A stretch of DNA of 64,000 bases from Lingula anatina (Eukaryota; Animalia; Brachiopoda), in the NCBI GenBank assembly GCA_051362555.1, contig CM120640.1, forward strand, positions 64,954,788-65,018,787, given 5' to 3'. Of this stretch, positions 38,847 through 52,365 are shown piece by piece. Made by a program: the position numbers and the translations under genes. The notes under the pieces were generated by a model. It was not told where the DNA came from, made no database searches, and saw nothing but the letters and a program-made list of their open reading frames with translations. The stretch's first letter is position 1. The number at the start of each line of letters is the position of its first letter.

Positions 38847-39340
38847 ACAGGCACAGATGACCTGCGGGTGGGGTATACACTGGTATCTGCACACGCTATG
38901 ATGTACACAGTCGCGATGATATACCCTCGACTTTAACGATTTCCCGGTGCGATGTGAAGAAAATGGTGTAGGACAGTTCCTAGATTCAGTACTCACGCTG
39001 AATGCTCAATACACAGTGTTAGTTTATCATATGTTTTCAGTGGCTTCAAAAGCTTATTTTATCATGTTTTCATTGGCTTTAAAAGCTTATGCAGACTTAT
39101 GAATTGGAATTGCTTTGGTTCTCATCAAACACTGTATCCACCAGAACGATATATGAATGTATAAAAACTACGCAAATGGAATCAGCAAGCAAGTGCAACA
39201 TGTATAACAATCAAAACGAAGGCAGAAGTTTCCATTTGTTTTTATAACCATAGCACCATAAATCAGAGTTCGGTATCTATATATTATCACGAATTGCTCC
39301 ACGTGGTAGAATCTTATGGGGATACTACAGGTCGAATAAA

Positions 39341-42300
39341 TTAGTTGATACTCTTGTCGATTGCACCGTATCCCGTTCTTGGCTGAAAAAAAAAAGGAAA
39401 AAAAATATATATATATCCGAGGGATCTTGATTTCTTGTATAAAACTGAACTCTCAAAATGCCATAATAAAAGACATATCAGAGGCTTATTTTATTTAATG
39501 TTCAAACCTTTAGGATGGAAACGAATAGCATAGACACAAATCACTTAAACCTAGATCACATTTGAAATGCGATGCACGTATGGTGCCCGTAATACCCTTT
39601 TCGTACCGCGCCTGAGCGGAGGTAGACGGTGGCCATGCAAAATCACACGGAATCGTAGGGATTAAAGGCCATGGAATGTAGACCTACTCGGCGAAGCCTG
39701 TAGATCCTTACGATTTCAAAAAAAAAATCGTAAGGACAATTTCATCGCACGGCGCCCGTGTACATGTAATCTAGGCTTTATAAAAAGAAAGCCTAACGCT
39801 GAAAAGGCTGGTTTAATGTTGCGCAGGATACGGACATTATTACAGGGTACAACAAACGCAGCAAAGGCACATGTTCATGTCAGAAATCACAAAGAATGGA
39901 ATGTTGAAAAATATTATCTCGTGAAAAAAAAGGAAGAGGGGGACACTAGTACCTGTTTGGGTGGGCTTCCTTGCTGGACGGCAGGCGTGTCACGGAATGC
40001 CAGCGAGGTGAAAGCGTAGAGAAACATTATGACTGCAGTAACGCGGTATAACCTGTAACGATGCAGGGCAAAGAAAACGTTAGAGAAATGTTTGTCTTCT
40101 GGTTGTGGTCAGTTTACATTTGTATTCTGTCTGGGGGCGGGGAGGTTGGACACTTTTGATCTCGGGTACCCCCGATCATCGATCAATACGTGTGTGAGGC
40201 CATGCTTAAGCACTTCCAAGGCAAATTACTTTTTGTGCACATATATGACTGAAAATGCCATGATGAAAAATAAATGTCATGAATTCATCGACATGAGATC
40301 AGATTGGAGAATAGGCAGGCCTGTAGCCAGGGGGGTTCGGGAGGGTTCGAAAGAACCCCCCTTTTTGCTGGAAAAAGGTCCACTCTGGGTAAAATTTGAC
40401 CTAGGTACATGGGGATTATATGGTAAAAGGTCCACTTTTTCAGAAAAAGACCCCCCCCCCCTTTGAAATTGCTGGCTACGGGCCTGATAGGTATGGATAC
40501 ATTTATTTGACTGAACGGATAACTGAATTAATTGACTGTGGGGACTGAAGATAAAACGTAAATAAAAAAGGTAGCCTATGTGTAATATTTCGCCTCTTTT
40601 GTCCTTAAGTGATATTTTGCTAAAATTGGTGAATATTGACAGAATTCATTGTAACATTTAAGATGAAAATATCATGGATTTCTTACCAGTCAAAAGTTAG
40701 CACTTTTACTAAAGAACCACCACACACTGGCCCTGAAAATGGAGAGGATTGTCAATAAAACACAGGTTAATGAACCCGTTTTTTTTTTCAATTGAACATG
40801 CGTGCACTTTAAAATATTTTTTAAAGATTACGAAATAAAGTTCTTCGCACTATTCAGTAGTGTCCAATTGGCTAGTCTCTTGCTTTAAGAAACGTTAATC
40901 ATAAGCGTCAAGGAATATATGCACACATAAACGGAACGTGTCACCCACCTATACTTAATCCTAAGTTATAAGATGTAGTATAAAGACCGTATACTCCACC
41001 GTAGTTGCCGTGGTGCCTGATGTCCGCCAGATGACCAAGGAGTGGACTTATAACGCTGAGAACTGTTCCCTGACCAATGCGGACAATGATTTCGGGGCCC
41101 AGGACTTCCCACACATTGCTGACAAATGGATACTGGAATAAAATCAATTACGAGTGAGTATGTGCGACCTCGGAAAACAAGACATTTTTGAACACTGTAT
41201 TGTAATTATAGTATGCCCTACAGATAATTTGTTTAAAAAGCATGTTTACATATTAGTAACATTTTTGTAGTTTTGAGTGGATAGTGCACCAAAGAGAAAT
41301 TGAGACAAAAATTCCAGGAACTGAAAGTTTTTGAGATTTGAATACGAATCCTCACCACGCCCATTCCAATGGCAGAAAGCATAAGACCCACCATGCAAAA
41401 TAACCACCTGAAAAAGAAAAGAAACGATTGTTCGATATACCAAAAAATCCAAAGGAACATCCATTACCGAATATTTCTCGCGTTCTTTGGGTTGCCTGCT
41501 ATGTTATTTATAGCAAACCGAAACCATCAAGCGGTTTAACGCTTGTATGCAGTCTTTTTGACGAACACAAATGAAAACCTTACGTCTGAGCATATTCTCC
41601 ACGCCGCCTATGCAGCTCACCTAAACTTTCCTAAACCTAGGACAATTCAATGAAACGAAATTTTTTTAAACACCTAAAAAAATGAACCTATCTTTGATGT
41701 TACAACTTCACAAGCGAATCTTATTTTTTTTTAGTTCGTCAGCTGCACAGTCTCTGGTAATGAACACTAACTTATCATACCTTCCAAACCGCATAGAGTA
41801 TGCCCCCGTAATGTACTGGGCAGTGAGGTGGAAGAAGACGGCAACTGCCAGAACCACACCTGAAATGGAACACAGGCTCCTGTTAAATGCTTTTCGAAAT
41901 GTATCTCTTACTCCTACAGCAAGTTCAGCGCATGCTGTCGTATTCCTGTTCTTGTCAAGGCTGCCAATGTTACATTATAGCTCTAAGAACGTGAAAATTA
42001 GTATTATTTTACTTCACTACATTGTTACAACTAAATTACATATGACAAAATGTAATTCGATCAAAATGGCTTGATCGGATGTGCAAATAGGCGTAGGGTT
42101 AGGAACATTTCAATGGTATATTTTTAAATATCCACATACCGGATTCCCAAACAAATGCATTGGCGTTAGTTATAAAATCAAAACGTTAGACAAAAACTTA
42201 CCAACAGTCCACTGTTCCGCGTGCAGTTTGTACAGCATCCAGGCAGGACCCGTCCCTAGGAAGATGCCTAAACCAAAGTTTGAGACGAAACTGCAACCTA

Positions 42301-44786
42301 ATAATAGGGGTTCATGTGAGTAACAAAATAAATATTCTATCGCGTTTTTTAAACGAAATTATTTATTATTATTTGCTGTGTAGCTTCTAAATTTGGTAAC
42401 ATGTACTGAGTTCTGCATTTATGTGGTATGCATGCAAGGAATGGAAGCGACAAGTAAAGTAAAAAGCAACCATTATAAGGCAATTGGTAGAGAACAGCTA
42501 ACACTATAGTCCAGTATATTTGCAATTTGTAAAGCCACATACCCAGTGCAATAAGGACGTATGGGTCCTTCATGAGCCGAGCGAACTCTATAATGTTGGA
42601 GCAGTTGTCTTCAACCTGGAACAAGCAATTCACACGACAGCAGACTGTGAGAGTAGCCTTACGTTGGTGTTAGTAACACAGAAAGATAAGGGTGTCAGGG
42701 TCGAGAAGTAAGGAGTTCCAGTATCTTAGTTGGCTGTAACTTGTGTAAACGTTTTAATGTTTGTTTCGACCTAAAGAACTAAAAAAAAAACGCTAGCTAT
42801 AGGGTAAATTATCTTCATTTGAAATATGAAAAACCCATATTGTTGTTCTTGCTGTTATTACCCAAACCACAGGTGAATTAAATCAATGCCAAAGGTAAAA
42901 AGCCATAAGACTTACCTTCGATATTTCAGGTGTTACGATCCATAGCCGGAGCACTAAAAGCAGAGCGAGACTGTCACAAAACCTTACACGGTTGAAGTTA
43001 CACCTGTCGGGTAGGCTTTCTACTTGCTTCTTTATTAACAGTTTCTTCAATATTACGTGTATCTCTTTTCATTCGATAAATGTGAATCAGATGAAAAGAT
43101 ACAACAGCACAATGCCAAATTTAAAACAAAACCAGTCAAATTTAAAACAAAATCAAATTCATGTAGTATTGAAAAAACAAATTAAAATATAGATGCCACT
43201 ACAATAAAACACCCGCCAAGCATCGTGGCTTTCTTCAACCTTGCGTACTTACGTGCGCTTAAAATGTTGAATGCAACCAAAATCAAAAACGGGGAAGCTT
43301 GTCCTAGAAACTGGTAGGTGGCGCTGCCGAAAGGGTACCCGACTGAAATGCAAATTAATTTTGTAAAGTATCATCCCAACTGTTTTCAAACTGCAATTCA
43401 GCAATTACCACGGATAACACTCTAAGATCAAACAAAACTGTACGTACTTATTACACCAATAGAGATACCCATGAAGGCCATGCTGTTGGCTTTGACACGC
43501 TGCTCGTCGTCTGGGATGGCTGATGCCAGGCACACCAGGCCTCAAAGGATATGAAAAAGAGCAGAGATACAGAAGTACGTGTTCATCTTAACCGATAAGC
43601 TCAATAAAACCATAATGCTAGATAAGCCGCAATTTTTTTAAAAAAATACGTGTTTATTATAGGAAAAGCACAAAATGTTCGTTATGTTACCTGCTACCAC
43701 GGACATACTGGAGCCAATCGCTTGAAGAACTCTTGCCATTACCAGGGTTGGGAAGTTTGTGCCAAAAGCAAATACTTGTAAAAAAGAAAAGTATTAGACA
43801 ATCATCAAGTGCTCTAATCGTTCTGTGAAATCAAACTCTGGCTATACAATACGTGTGTTCTGTTCGTATTTCGAGAATATTCAGCTAAAGAACCATTATG
43901 GTAAATAGCACAAACCTGCAGTGGCAACAGAATTGATGCCGAAGCCTAGAATCATCGGATAACGATGACCGACTCTGAAATGGATGAAAAAATTGTTAGA
44001 AATCGTATTCATTCTTTCATTTTAAATATTTCTACAATTCAAAAATAGAAAAAGTACGCGCTGCATTGATAAACGACGTCATTCTGATTCAACCTGAAAA
44101 ATCCCGATTTTAAATCTACTAACCTCTCCACCAAACAGCCTACGACGAGATTAAAGAAGAGCTCTGCGAAAGGCTTAGCACCCACAACTATGCCAATTTC
44201 CATTCCTCTGCTGGTCTCCGTGAAACCGTTTTCATTGCCGACAGTTTTCTCATCTCTGACAGTATTGTTAACAGGAGACGACGACTTTACCATCGGCACG
44301 CTCGTGTTGGCGTCTGCATCTCCCATGATTCGATGTATAACGTCAGGCACTATTGGGTCTTTAACAGTAAAATGACAGTTTGTATACATGTAGCTAAATA
44401 ATCAAATTTCACAAATCTTTTCAAGCAAATGTAAAATTGTTTTTTTTTCCTTAAAGCAACAAGATTTCATAAAATCATGCTGCATTTCATATTTTCATAT
44501 TAATTAAAATGACATTCTTTCTCAAATTATAAAACTTGTGGGATATTTATATATTACGTTAAAGGTCGGTTTACTAAAATAAAGTTTTATCTGATATGAT
44601 GTTCTTTAATATATTTTACGACAGATTTCCCCACCTACCAATGCTTGTTGTTAGGACAACGTCCATCAATACTGCCATAAACAGTATGAACACCACTAGA
44701 TGGCGGGACCTTCGAAGTCTGTGGCAACATGAATTACAACAACCCTTGGGTAATTCTATGTCAACTTTAGTGTCTTTGGATTCCAT
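39341..44786 (-). CDS. Vesicular amine transporter-like MFS protein (divergent SLC18A/VMAT-like), 472 aa, 15 coding exons
   Basis: Exons 44786-44639, 44358-44124, 43974-43916, 43774-43691, 43540-43448, 43342-43253, 42953-42916, 42615-42543, 42297-42202, 41859-41781, 41407-41356, 41132-40949, 40732-40687, 40052-39953, 39382-39341 (1419 nt, phases consistent). VMAT-like motifs: RRSRHLVVFILFMAVLMD, ARVLQAIGSS, DDEQR, GYPFGS, LMKDPYVLIALG, GHLADIRH...YGGVY. The last exon is the least certain. Confidence 0.88.
40316..40486. mobile_element. MITE with 15-bp TIRs and 5-bp TSD, in an intron of the SLC18-like gene
   Basis: ATAGG|CAGGCCTGTAGCCAG ... CTGGCTACGGGCCTG|ATAGG. Confidence 0.85.
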
Positions 44787-46830
44787 GATTCTCAAAGATT
44801 AAAAATGAAAAGAGATATAAATTTATTTTCGTAGATCATGGAGATCAGAAGCAATTGAGAGGCCTATATCAAACTATCAGCTAAAACATACTGCTACAGG
44901 ATCAAAAAGTTGAAATAGTTCTTTCTCCTCTTTGTAGTTTAACCCGCTTACTTTGCGTTCCCTCCAACTGCTTGATTAAAAAATTACTTTCGGATCCTGT
45001 GCTTTTCCTGGCAAAATACAGCTGCGAGTAACAACGGAACAAATATCTGGGACTATCTTCACTTGCAATATTTTTAACAACGATTTCCCTAATGCTACTT
45101 ATGTAAATGAATATAATTTGCTGAAAAAAACACAAGTGAAATGTCTAGAAACAATAGAGGTCTATCATTTCCTAGAGGAGTCAAGCAATCTGCTTGTACC
45201 TCCCCCCCCCCCCCCCCCCCCCCCCCCCAATATACGAAGGCAATATGGATCGAAGTGGGAACAATTTGTGTGAAGAAATGTTTAATGTTGTGTCCCGTAA
45301 GTGGTGGCTCCCCTTTAGGTACCAGTAGTGACAGTCTAAATAAGCATGCTGCCACGATTATGTTAGGAAGAGAAGAGAAATGCGTGACAACGTGCACTTA
45401 CTGTCACTGTGAAGAATACATTATAGTCCCCGTTTGTAGGTAAACAGACCGAACAGAGGTGCGGAAACTCGACCCGGTGGCTATATTTAGATACGCTGCT
45501 GACGTCCATAGCCTCTCCGCTCCCATAGACGTAAACATATTTTTATAACTGTAACCCGGATATGTTTATAAATACACACTTACTGTTTTTAAAATGCTAG
45601 CGTTGAACTGCGAATCTGCCACGAGGTTACCGCGTGGGTGCTGCACGAAATCCTGGTCACAATATTACAGCTCATCCATGGCCAGCAACGAAAACTGATT
45701 GACTGGGTTCAGGGTGTCCCTGTGTTACGTCACTGTACCTAGACCTAACGAGGCATGTCTTTCATTTTATCTTTCACCTTGTAACGTCAAGATTATGCGA
45801 GAACACAAAAACATTGGTATATCTAAGACATGATTTGATCATTTATAAATAAAAATTATGAAAATTTCAGACATTTACATTACATATTACAAAGAGTAAA
45901 ATAAATACTGAAATATCAGACTAATGAAAGATGTTGTTTTGTTTTATTGTAGGTCTATATTTTTCTTTTGTAAAAATCGTGCACGACCGTTGACAACGTG
46001 TTCATTTTACTAGCTGTAGATGCATTTCAAATATAGACTTAACATGTATGACTGCTGGACACACTTTAACAATAAATTGGAGGATATAAATAAAGCATGA
46101 GTGGTTGCTGACGGGCGAGTATGAATGTAGGTCGTGGAGGGGGAGGGGAGAGCCTTTTGAATAACACTATATTCTAAATAATGGATAGTAACTCGAAATA
46201 AAGGATATAGGTAATTGTTAACAGTAGCCGGTCTACTCCAATCCAATATACGTAACTATGTAATATTTCAGGCTGAGGCGAAAATACATATACCCGGTAC
46301 AGATAAAATGGCGATTAAAGAAGATAATTATAAAGTACAGTACCACTTCTGTAGTAGTGCATATAAACAATAAGGTACACCACACATGTATCAAAGGTTG
46401 TTACAAGGGTATTTGATATAGATATTATTTTTAATATTATTAACAATAATATAAAGTAAAAAAAATTAAGCAGCGCTCCCAGTCGGTTAACGGATGTTTT
46501 GTGTGTAGACCCGACAGACGAAATTAAAGTGAGACATCGAATTAGATCAAACTTTGATATGTATTTTCTCGGTGCTTGAAAACATTCCTTCCAACACATA
46601 TTCTGGTATGAGGACAGCGTTGATGGTATAGCACTGATTTCACAAAACCGGACATTATACGTATTTCCCATATTTCGCCTGACCCCTGTCATTACTGGAG
46701 AGCAGAATAATAACATCTCTTCGTGCATGACGGTGGGTCGGGCGGAAGCACACGTCATCCCATTATCCCGGCACCTCGACCTATATTTGTGAACGCTTCG
46801 CTTACATTTCTCATTTAGTAAAACGTCAGC

Positions 46831-49148
46831 ATGGAGTACGGTGTACAGCTGCTAACCATCGTATTGGTCGGACTTTCGATATTTTGCCAAAGTTCTAATG
46901 GAAATGGTATGTTTCAAGTTTTATATCTTGTTTTATTATTTAAGCGAGGAGACTGCCTGCCTATGTTATTTTCTTTTACAGTATCCCTGTCCTTTAGGAA
47001 TATTTACTAGAAGACGAATTATTCTCAGTTAAAATGGTATACTATAGTATATATAGATAATAGTGTGTCATACATACATATTCGAAATGCCATATTGTCT
47101 GAGGGGAAGTTCTGTGAATAAGTGTTGAGAGGAGTTTAAAATAATTCCCAATAATGTAAGAAATTATGGGAATAAAACAGCGGGGTCGAGAATTTCAGTG
47201 TAACGGAACATTGCAGTTTCCACCCTTTGCGTGTAAGCGACGGGTTGATGAAGGGGGGAAATAATAATATCTATGCCTAGGCGACAGAATATCTGAAATG
47301 GGTAGCTCTCTCACAATTGTCTCTTATCGTATAGAAACCTGTCGTCTGAACAAAGACGCTAACTGCTCAGGTCCCGAGGAGGAAATGAGGCGTGGGTGTG
47401 TGCACTCGGACTGGCTGCCCTGCCTGGACACATGGATGAAGTATGTCGAGAAGCGGAAAGGGTCTCCCACAAACTTTGTCACTCCTGAGACAAAAAAAGA
47501 CGCCAAGGAGACATGCAGGTAAATTTATTACCTCTCCTATTTCACAAAATATTTTGGTCAGATTATAAAAGTCCGCTCAAGGACTCAATAAATATAGTTT
47601 TTTTATGTTTCGTCTCTCTTACTTCATTTAATGCTCACACACACTACTGGGTAAAGTGGTTTGCTTTGCTGGCTTTGCCCGCTACATATATGTGGTTTAT
47701 AATGATTACCGCGAAGCCAACCTAAATACCATGTCTTTGTAGATATAGACCATGTTAGTTCCTTTTTCAGAAAGTGAGGGACGGCTGGTCAGCTAAGGCT
47801 ATTGCACTCGTAACCATCGTATATTGCCTCGGATAACTATTGACGATCCTATAATTATTTGCGGTGTTATTTCTTAAAACTCGCTGAATTATCAGCTATG
47901 CCTACACCTGACGTTAGCTGCAGTTAAATTTTACAAATATAAACATTTTTGTAGTGCAATATTTGTACGCGCGCACGCAGACACAACTGCTGGTACATGT
48001 AACACATGATACAAAATAATTCCTTCCTACTTCTTTGCCGTCATTACAAATTCCCACGGCAAAACTAAATATATTTATATTTAAGTGCATGTCGCTTTAT
48101 TTCAGAGTGTTCAAGAAGGTTAAAAAATGTGCAATGAAAGTCCGAGATTCGTGCTGGGACTTCCCTGGACCTAGAGACTCGGAATCTAGTAAAACGCTCA
48201 GAATTATCGAAAGTTCAATGGACTATCTGTGTGGAGAGGGGCACGAGGGTAAGCACTTGGCATCGGTTGGGGACAAAATACGATAAAAATGTGACGCGTT
48301 TGATCGATAGGTTTAACTAAAGAAAATAAACAAGGTGATTATACAAAAAAAGACTGGGAGCATGCTGCAACAGTATAGATATTAGAACTTGCGCTTTTTT
48401 AGAGAAAAGTGATTGTCTCAATTCGATCTTCTACATCATTATATAAATGTAGTACATGTAACACCGTCATGTATAGAAAAAATGCGCTGTTATGTTATTT
48501 TACACATTCCATTTTCAGAATATATGAAAAACTTCGACTGCATTGCTAAGGTCAACTTGGAGGGTCGAGAGAAGACGATAAAGTGTAACGATATGGCGGA
48601 GAAATTAGACGAGAAGATCCAGAGCGAGCACGATATTTCAAGGTCAACTGCCAATGCAGATGTAAAAGCCAGTCTCTGCGGGTAAGTCAGCTGTAGGCGC
48701 TATATTAACTACTTCTATGTAAATTACTTCAGTTAAAACCTTTGACATTGAAACGTCGAACGAGTAATTTGCATGTGACCGATTAAATGCATTAATTCCG
48801 ATTTCCCATTCTCATTTGATTAATGCACATCTTTATGTCCTGTCTATATTGCTAATTCAATATTCATATCATGATTCTGACATGGATTCGTTGCAAATGA
48901 GCAAATATAACACATCTTTACTTATGAATATTTAAAATGAACTTATGTATACTATATTTGTGTTTTTTTTCAGAGGGGCCAGGGATGTTATAGAATGCCT
49001 TACCAAGGTCTACCAACCTTGTGGTGAGAGTGTGCAGAATATTATGAAAACGGTGTACTCGGCAACCATGTCGGCATCACTTCAAAATAACGGCTTCGAG
49101 TGTGACTTTCTCAGGAAAAAAGTACAGCATAAGCGGGACGAACTATGA
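46831..49148 (+). CDS. Cys-rich secretory-pathway protein, 246 aa, 5 exons, DUF19-like Cys pattern, C-terminal RDEL
   Basis: Exons 46831-46906, 47335-47518, 48106-48248, 48519-48681, 48974-49148 (741 nt, phases 1/2/1/2 consistent). Signal peptide MEYGVQLLTIVLVGLSIFCQSSNG; two tandem Cys-patterned halves. The family call is tentative. Confidence 0.82.
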
Positions 49149-49452
49149 ACAGATGCAAATATAGCTTTGTAGGAAGGTTCTTCACTGGCGGCTCGGCAGA
49201 TGAACATGTGTCGTCCTGTTAATGTATATATAAGTTTGTACATATTTACTGTGGCGCAAGTGCCTACTTACAAAATGCAATTCACATATTTGTAATATAT
49301 AGGTAGATGCGCCACACTTGTTATTTTTGTAGGGAAAATAAATTGGGAATGGATTTATATTCTGTCGTTTGCCTTTATTTTTATAATGTTGGATTAAAAT
49401 AAGTTATCATTGAGTATATTGCATGTTTATAATTAAAAGTCAGCAGCCTTAA

Positions 49453-49788
49453 AGGGATAATAACTCTTCGCTTTGGACAAAAAATGAATTTTCCTGGAGT
49501 AAGCAACAATTTTCCCATACTTACCAATGGTTAATGAATCCATTTTTACTTTCAAAGTTAGTCCCTGTTTTTTTTCTAAAAAGTTTGTTTTTTGTTAAAA
49601 TCTCTTAAGAGATTAGAACAGAGTATAGCCATCAATGGATGTCACGTGGTCTGAAGACAATCTCAGATATCAGAATAATAGCTATAACTGCTGTTTTTGT
49701 CATACAACAGAATATGTTATATTTCTATGAGTTATTCACAATGTTTTTATTGTGAAATATAGACCTCATACGAAGAGTTATTATCCCT
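49453..49788. mobile_element. TTAA-targeting MITE (Kolobok/T2-like)
   Basis: TTAA|AGGGATAATAACTCTTCG ... CGAAGAGTTATTATCCCT|TTAA: perfect 18-bp TIRs and a TTAA TSD. Confidence 0.88.
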
Positions 49789-50033
49789 TTAAATGTGGCA
49801 CGCTCCCATGGTGATTTCCCTATTCCTGTCTTCCGACCATTTGACAACGCAGCACTGATTTTCAAGTGATTTAAATCATCGGTAAGAAAAAACGTGCCCT
49901 TGATTTTCAAAAGTTAAACATTGTACGCTATTTAAAGCAAGCAACACACTTCACAAATAACACTCATAAAACGCAATCAACTTATTTTGCTGCGTTCAAT
50001 ACCGCCAGAACTTTGCTCCTCACGGAGTGGATT

Positions 50034-50034
50034 C

Positions 50035-50061
<27 letters not shown>
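50034..50061. repeat. (CT)n microsatellite
   Basis: Direct reading. Confidence 0.9.
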
Positions 50062-50065
<4 letters not shown>

Positions 50066-52276
50066 ACTGTCCTCTTGGACAAATAAAACGATCCTTTTAT
50101 TCGTTCAAGATATCCTTGATCATCTTCTGCGCATTAAAGTAATGAAAACAAATTAAACAATATAATATGACATAATGCATAAACCTTAATATAAATCATT
50201 ATAATAACTGTTTTGATATAGGGCGTCAAAAGACTGCATATAAAGTGTGCCGCTCAAAACAAACCAAGAAAATGACTATTCTGCACCACCATTGTTTTCA
50301 TTTACCTTCCTAGTAGCCACTTTTTTGCGACATTATTGTGTCAGCTACCCTGTCTGCAGCTAAAGGTAACAGTTCAAGTGTTTATTCATTTGCTGATGTT
50401 TTAGATTTCTCTGTATAACTACACACTACAGCCCTGGTATCATTTTTGTTGAAACTTCCAGTAACTACTCCAATATTAACATATTTCCATGCATTAAAAT
50501 GAACGGCGAATTACCTTTGGAAACTCCCAGTCACCACCACACACGCACTGCGCTCTCCTTGCTAAAACACCGCTATCGCAATGTCTCAGCAATGCTCTAG
50601 CCTGTTAGACTTGAAACATCTTTCCATTAAATTGAAACTTCAGCTATCAATCACAATTTTCATCAACATCACAGAGTGATGTTATACCTGTAAGGATAAA
50701 AAAGCAATTATCTCTTTTTGGATATATTTACTAGATTTTTTTATCCCCGGTGAGAAGATGTTTGTGTATGTGCGTTTGCGCGCTCGCGTGCGCGTGTGTA
50801 ACGTAACCGTAGATAGGTTTAACTAAGATTAATTCTATATATGAGGCTGTTTCCAGGGGGTGACTAACATGATTTACAAACAATATGATACTAGAAATTA
50901 TTAAATATAACTGTAAAATAAGAATGTTTAAATATTTTCAGCGGAAAAAGTCAGCCGCAATATATCAATCTATCAAATAAAAGTTAGAGAAGACGAATTA
51001 TAGACACTGTTATATAGAAGAAAGATGTTAATTTTATGATAAGTGGGGTATCCAAACAAATGAAAGAAATGAAATTTCTGTAGAATATTTAATGAGAAAA
51101 ATTATTAGGCAGTTTTCTAAATTTTAGTTAAGATTTCTTATTGAAGACTTAAGCAATTATTCTTCTTTAAGTCCAAAAGGCTTGGTGTTTTTTTACACAT
51201 GACACTATAATGAATTAATAAATGAAATAAATGAAAAATAATAGTTGGGGTCAGTGCGAATAGCCATCGGAGCATTCGTCAATTAGCAAGGAAATTATTG
51301 GTATTATAACAATGCATTATAGTCAGGTTGCCAGGGGGTGAAGAGCACATTGGCGGATAATTTGCAATACGAGTAATTGATCATTGCCAAAATAGATAGC
51401 GAATGGCAATGATTGATAGTGATATTATACATGTATGTCCAGTGAAGATGGGAGTCCAACCACACAGTATAGACGACTGTTTTACAGACGTGTCGCTAGC
51501 CCCTTTATGTTAAGTCTGGAAAAATTCTACCTCAACCTACCTACGGCCACTCATTGGCCTTAGCCAGGTAATTTCCGCAAACCATCGCTTTTCACAGAAG
51601 ACCCTTTGTAGTAAGCATTCTACTAAACAGTAAAAAGCGGTAAAGGGAAGTGGATGAGGATTACGACGAAAGATGGTAATTGAAATAAACGCGCCGGCTA
51701 CACTTGGCATGGGCGTGTATCTTTTTTTTCTCCAGTAGGCCCTATTCATTTGTTTCTATTGCGTTCTTAGCTGTATATGTTTAAAGACTGGGTGGAGCTT
51801 GAAACATGCCCCGGGTGAACACTAACAATAATGTTCCCCATTGCACTACATTAACATGTAGATTAGTTAGTCGTGTACAGTTTCATTAATACATTACAGT
51901 GTCCCACCGCGTCACCCTTTGATTAAATGTGCTTTTTAGATGCATTTCAATCCCTCCTACGCTGAACGGTTTCTGAATAGTAATGACACCGTTGGGAATA
52001 AGAAGGACTTAGGATATTGATGACTTCTGTGTGTGTTTAAAGGGCAACCAATCGAATGTTAAGAAATGGGCGTGTACATTTGTGACCATAATTTGATTCT
52101 TTTTAACATTTTACTTTTTTATTCTTCGGGAATGATACCATGCACATGAAATAAATTATAAGAAAAATGTGCAATTAAAGATAACAGGCGTTAAAAATTA
52201 CATGCATACGATATGAGAAACATTTTGAGAGAAGACTTGATCACTCTCCGGACTGCAACACGAGTGGTTAACTTTG

Positions 52277-52284
52277 TATAAATA
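52277..52284 (+). promoter_or_regulatory. TATA box of the GRL101-like gene
   Basis: TATAAATA about 80 nt upstream of the ATG at 52366, which has a good context (GTGCCATG). Confidence 0.6.
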
Positions 52285-52365
52285 CGTTGACTGCTCGAAA
52301 CAAGTTATTCACTCATCGCGCACTCGTCGTGTCCAGTATCATACACGGCCCCGGGTATTGGTGCC

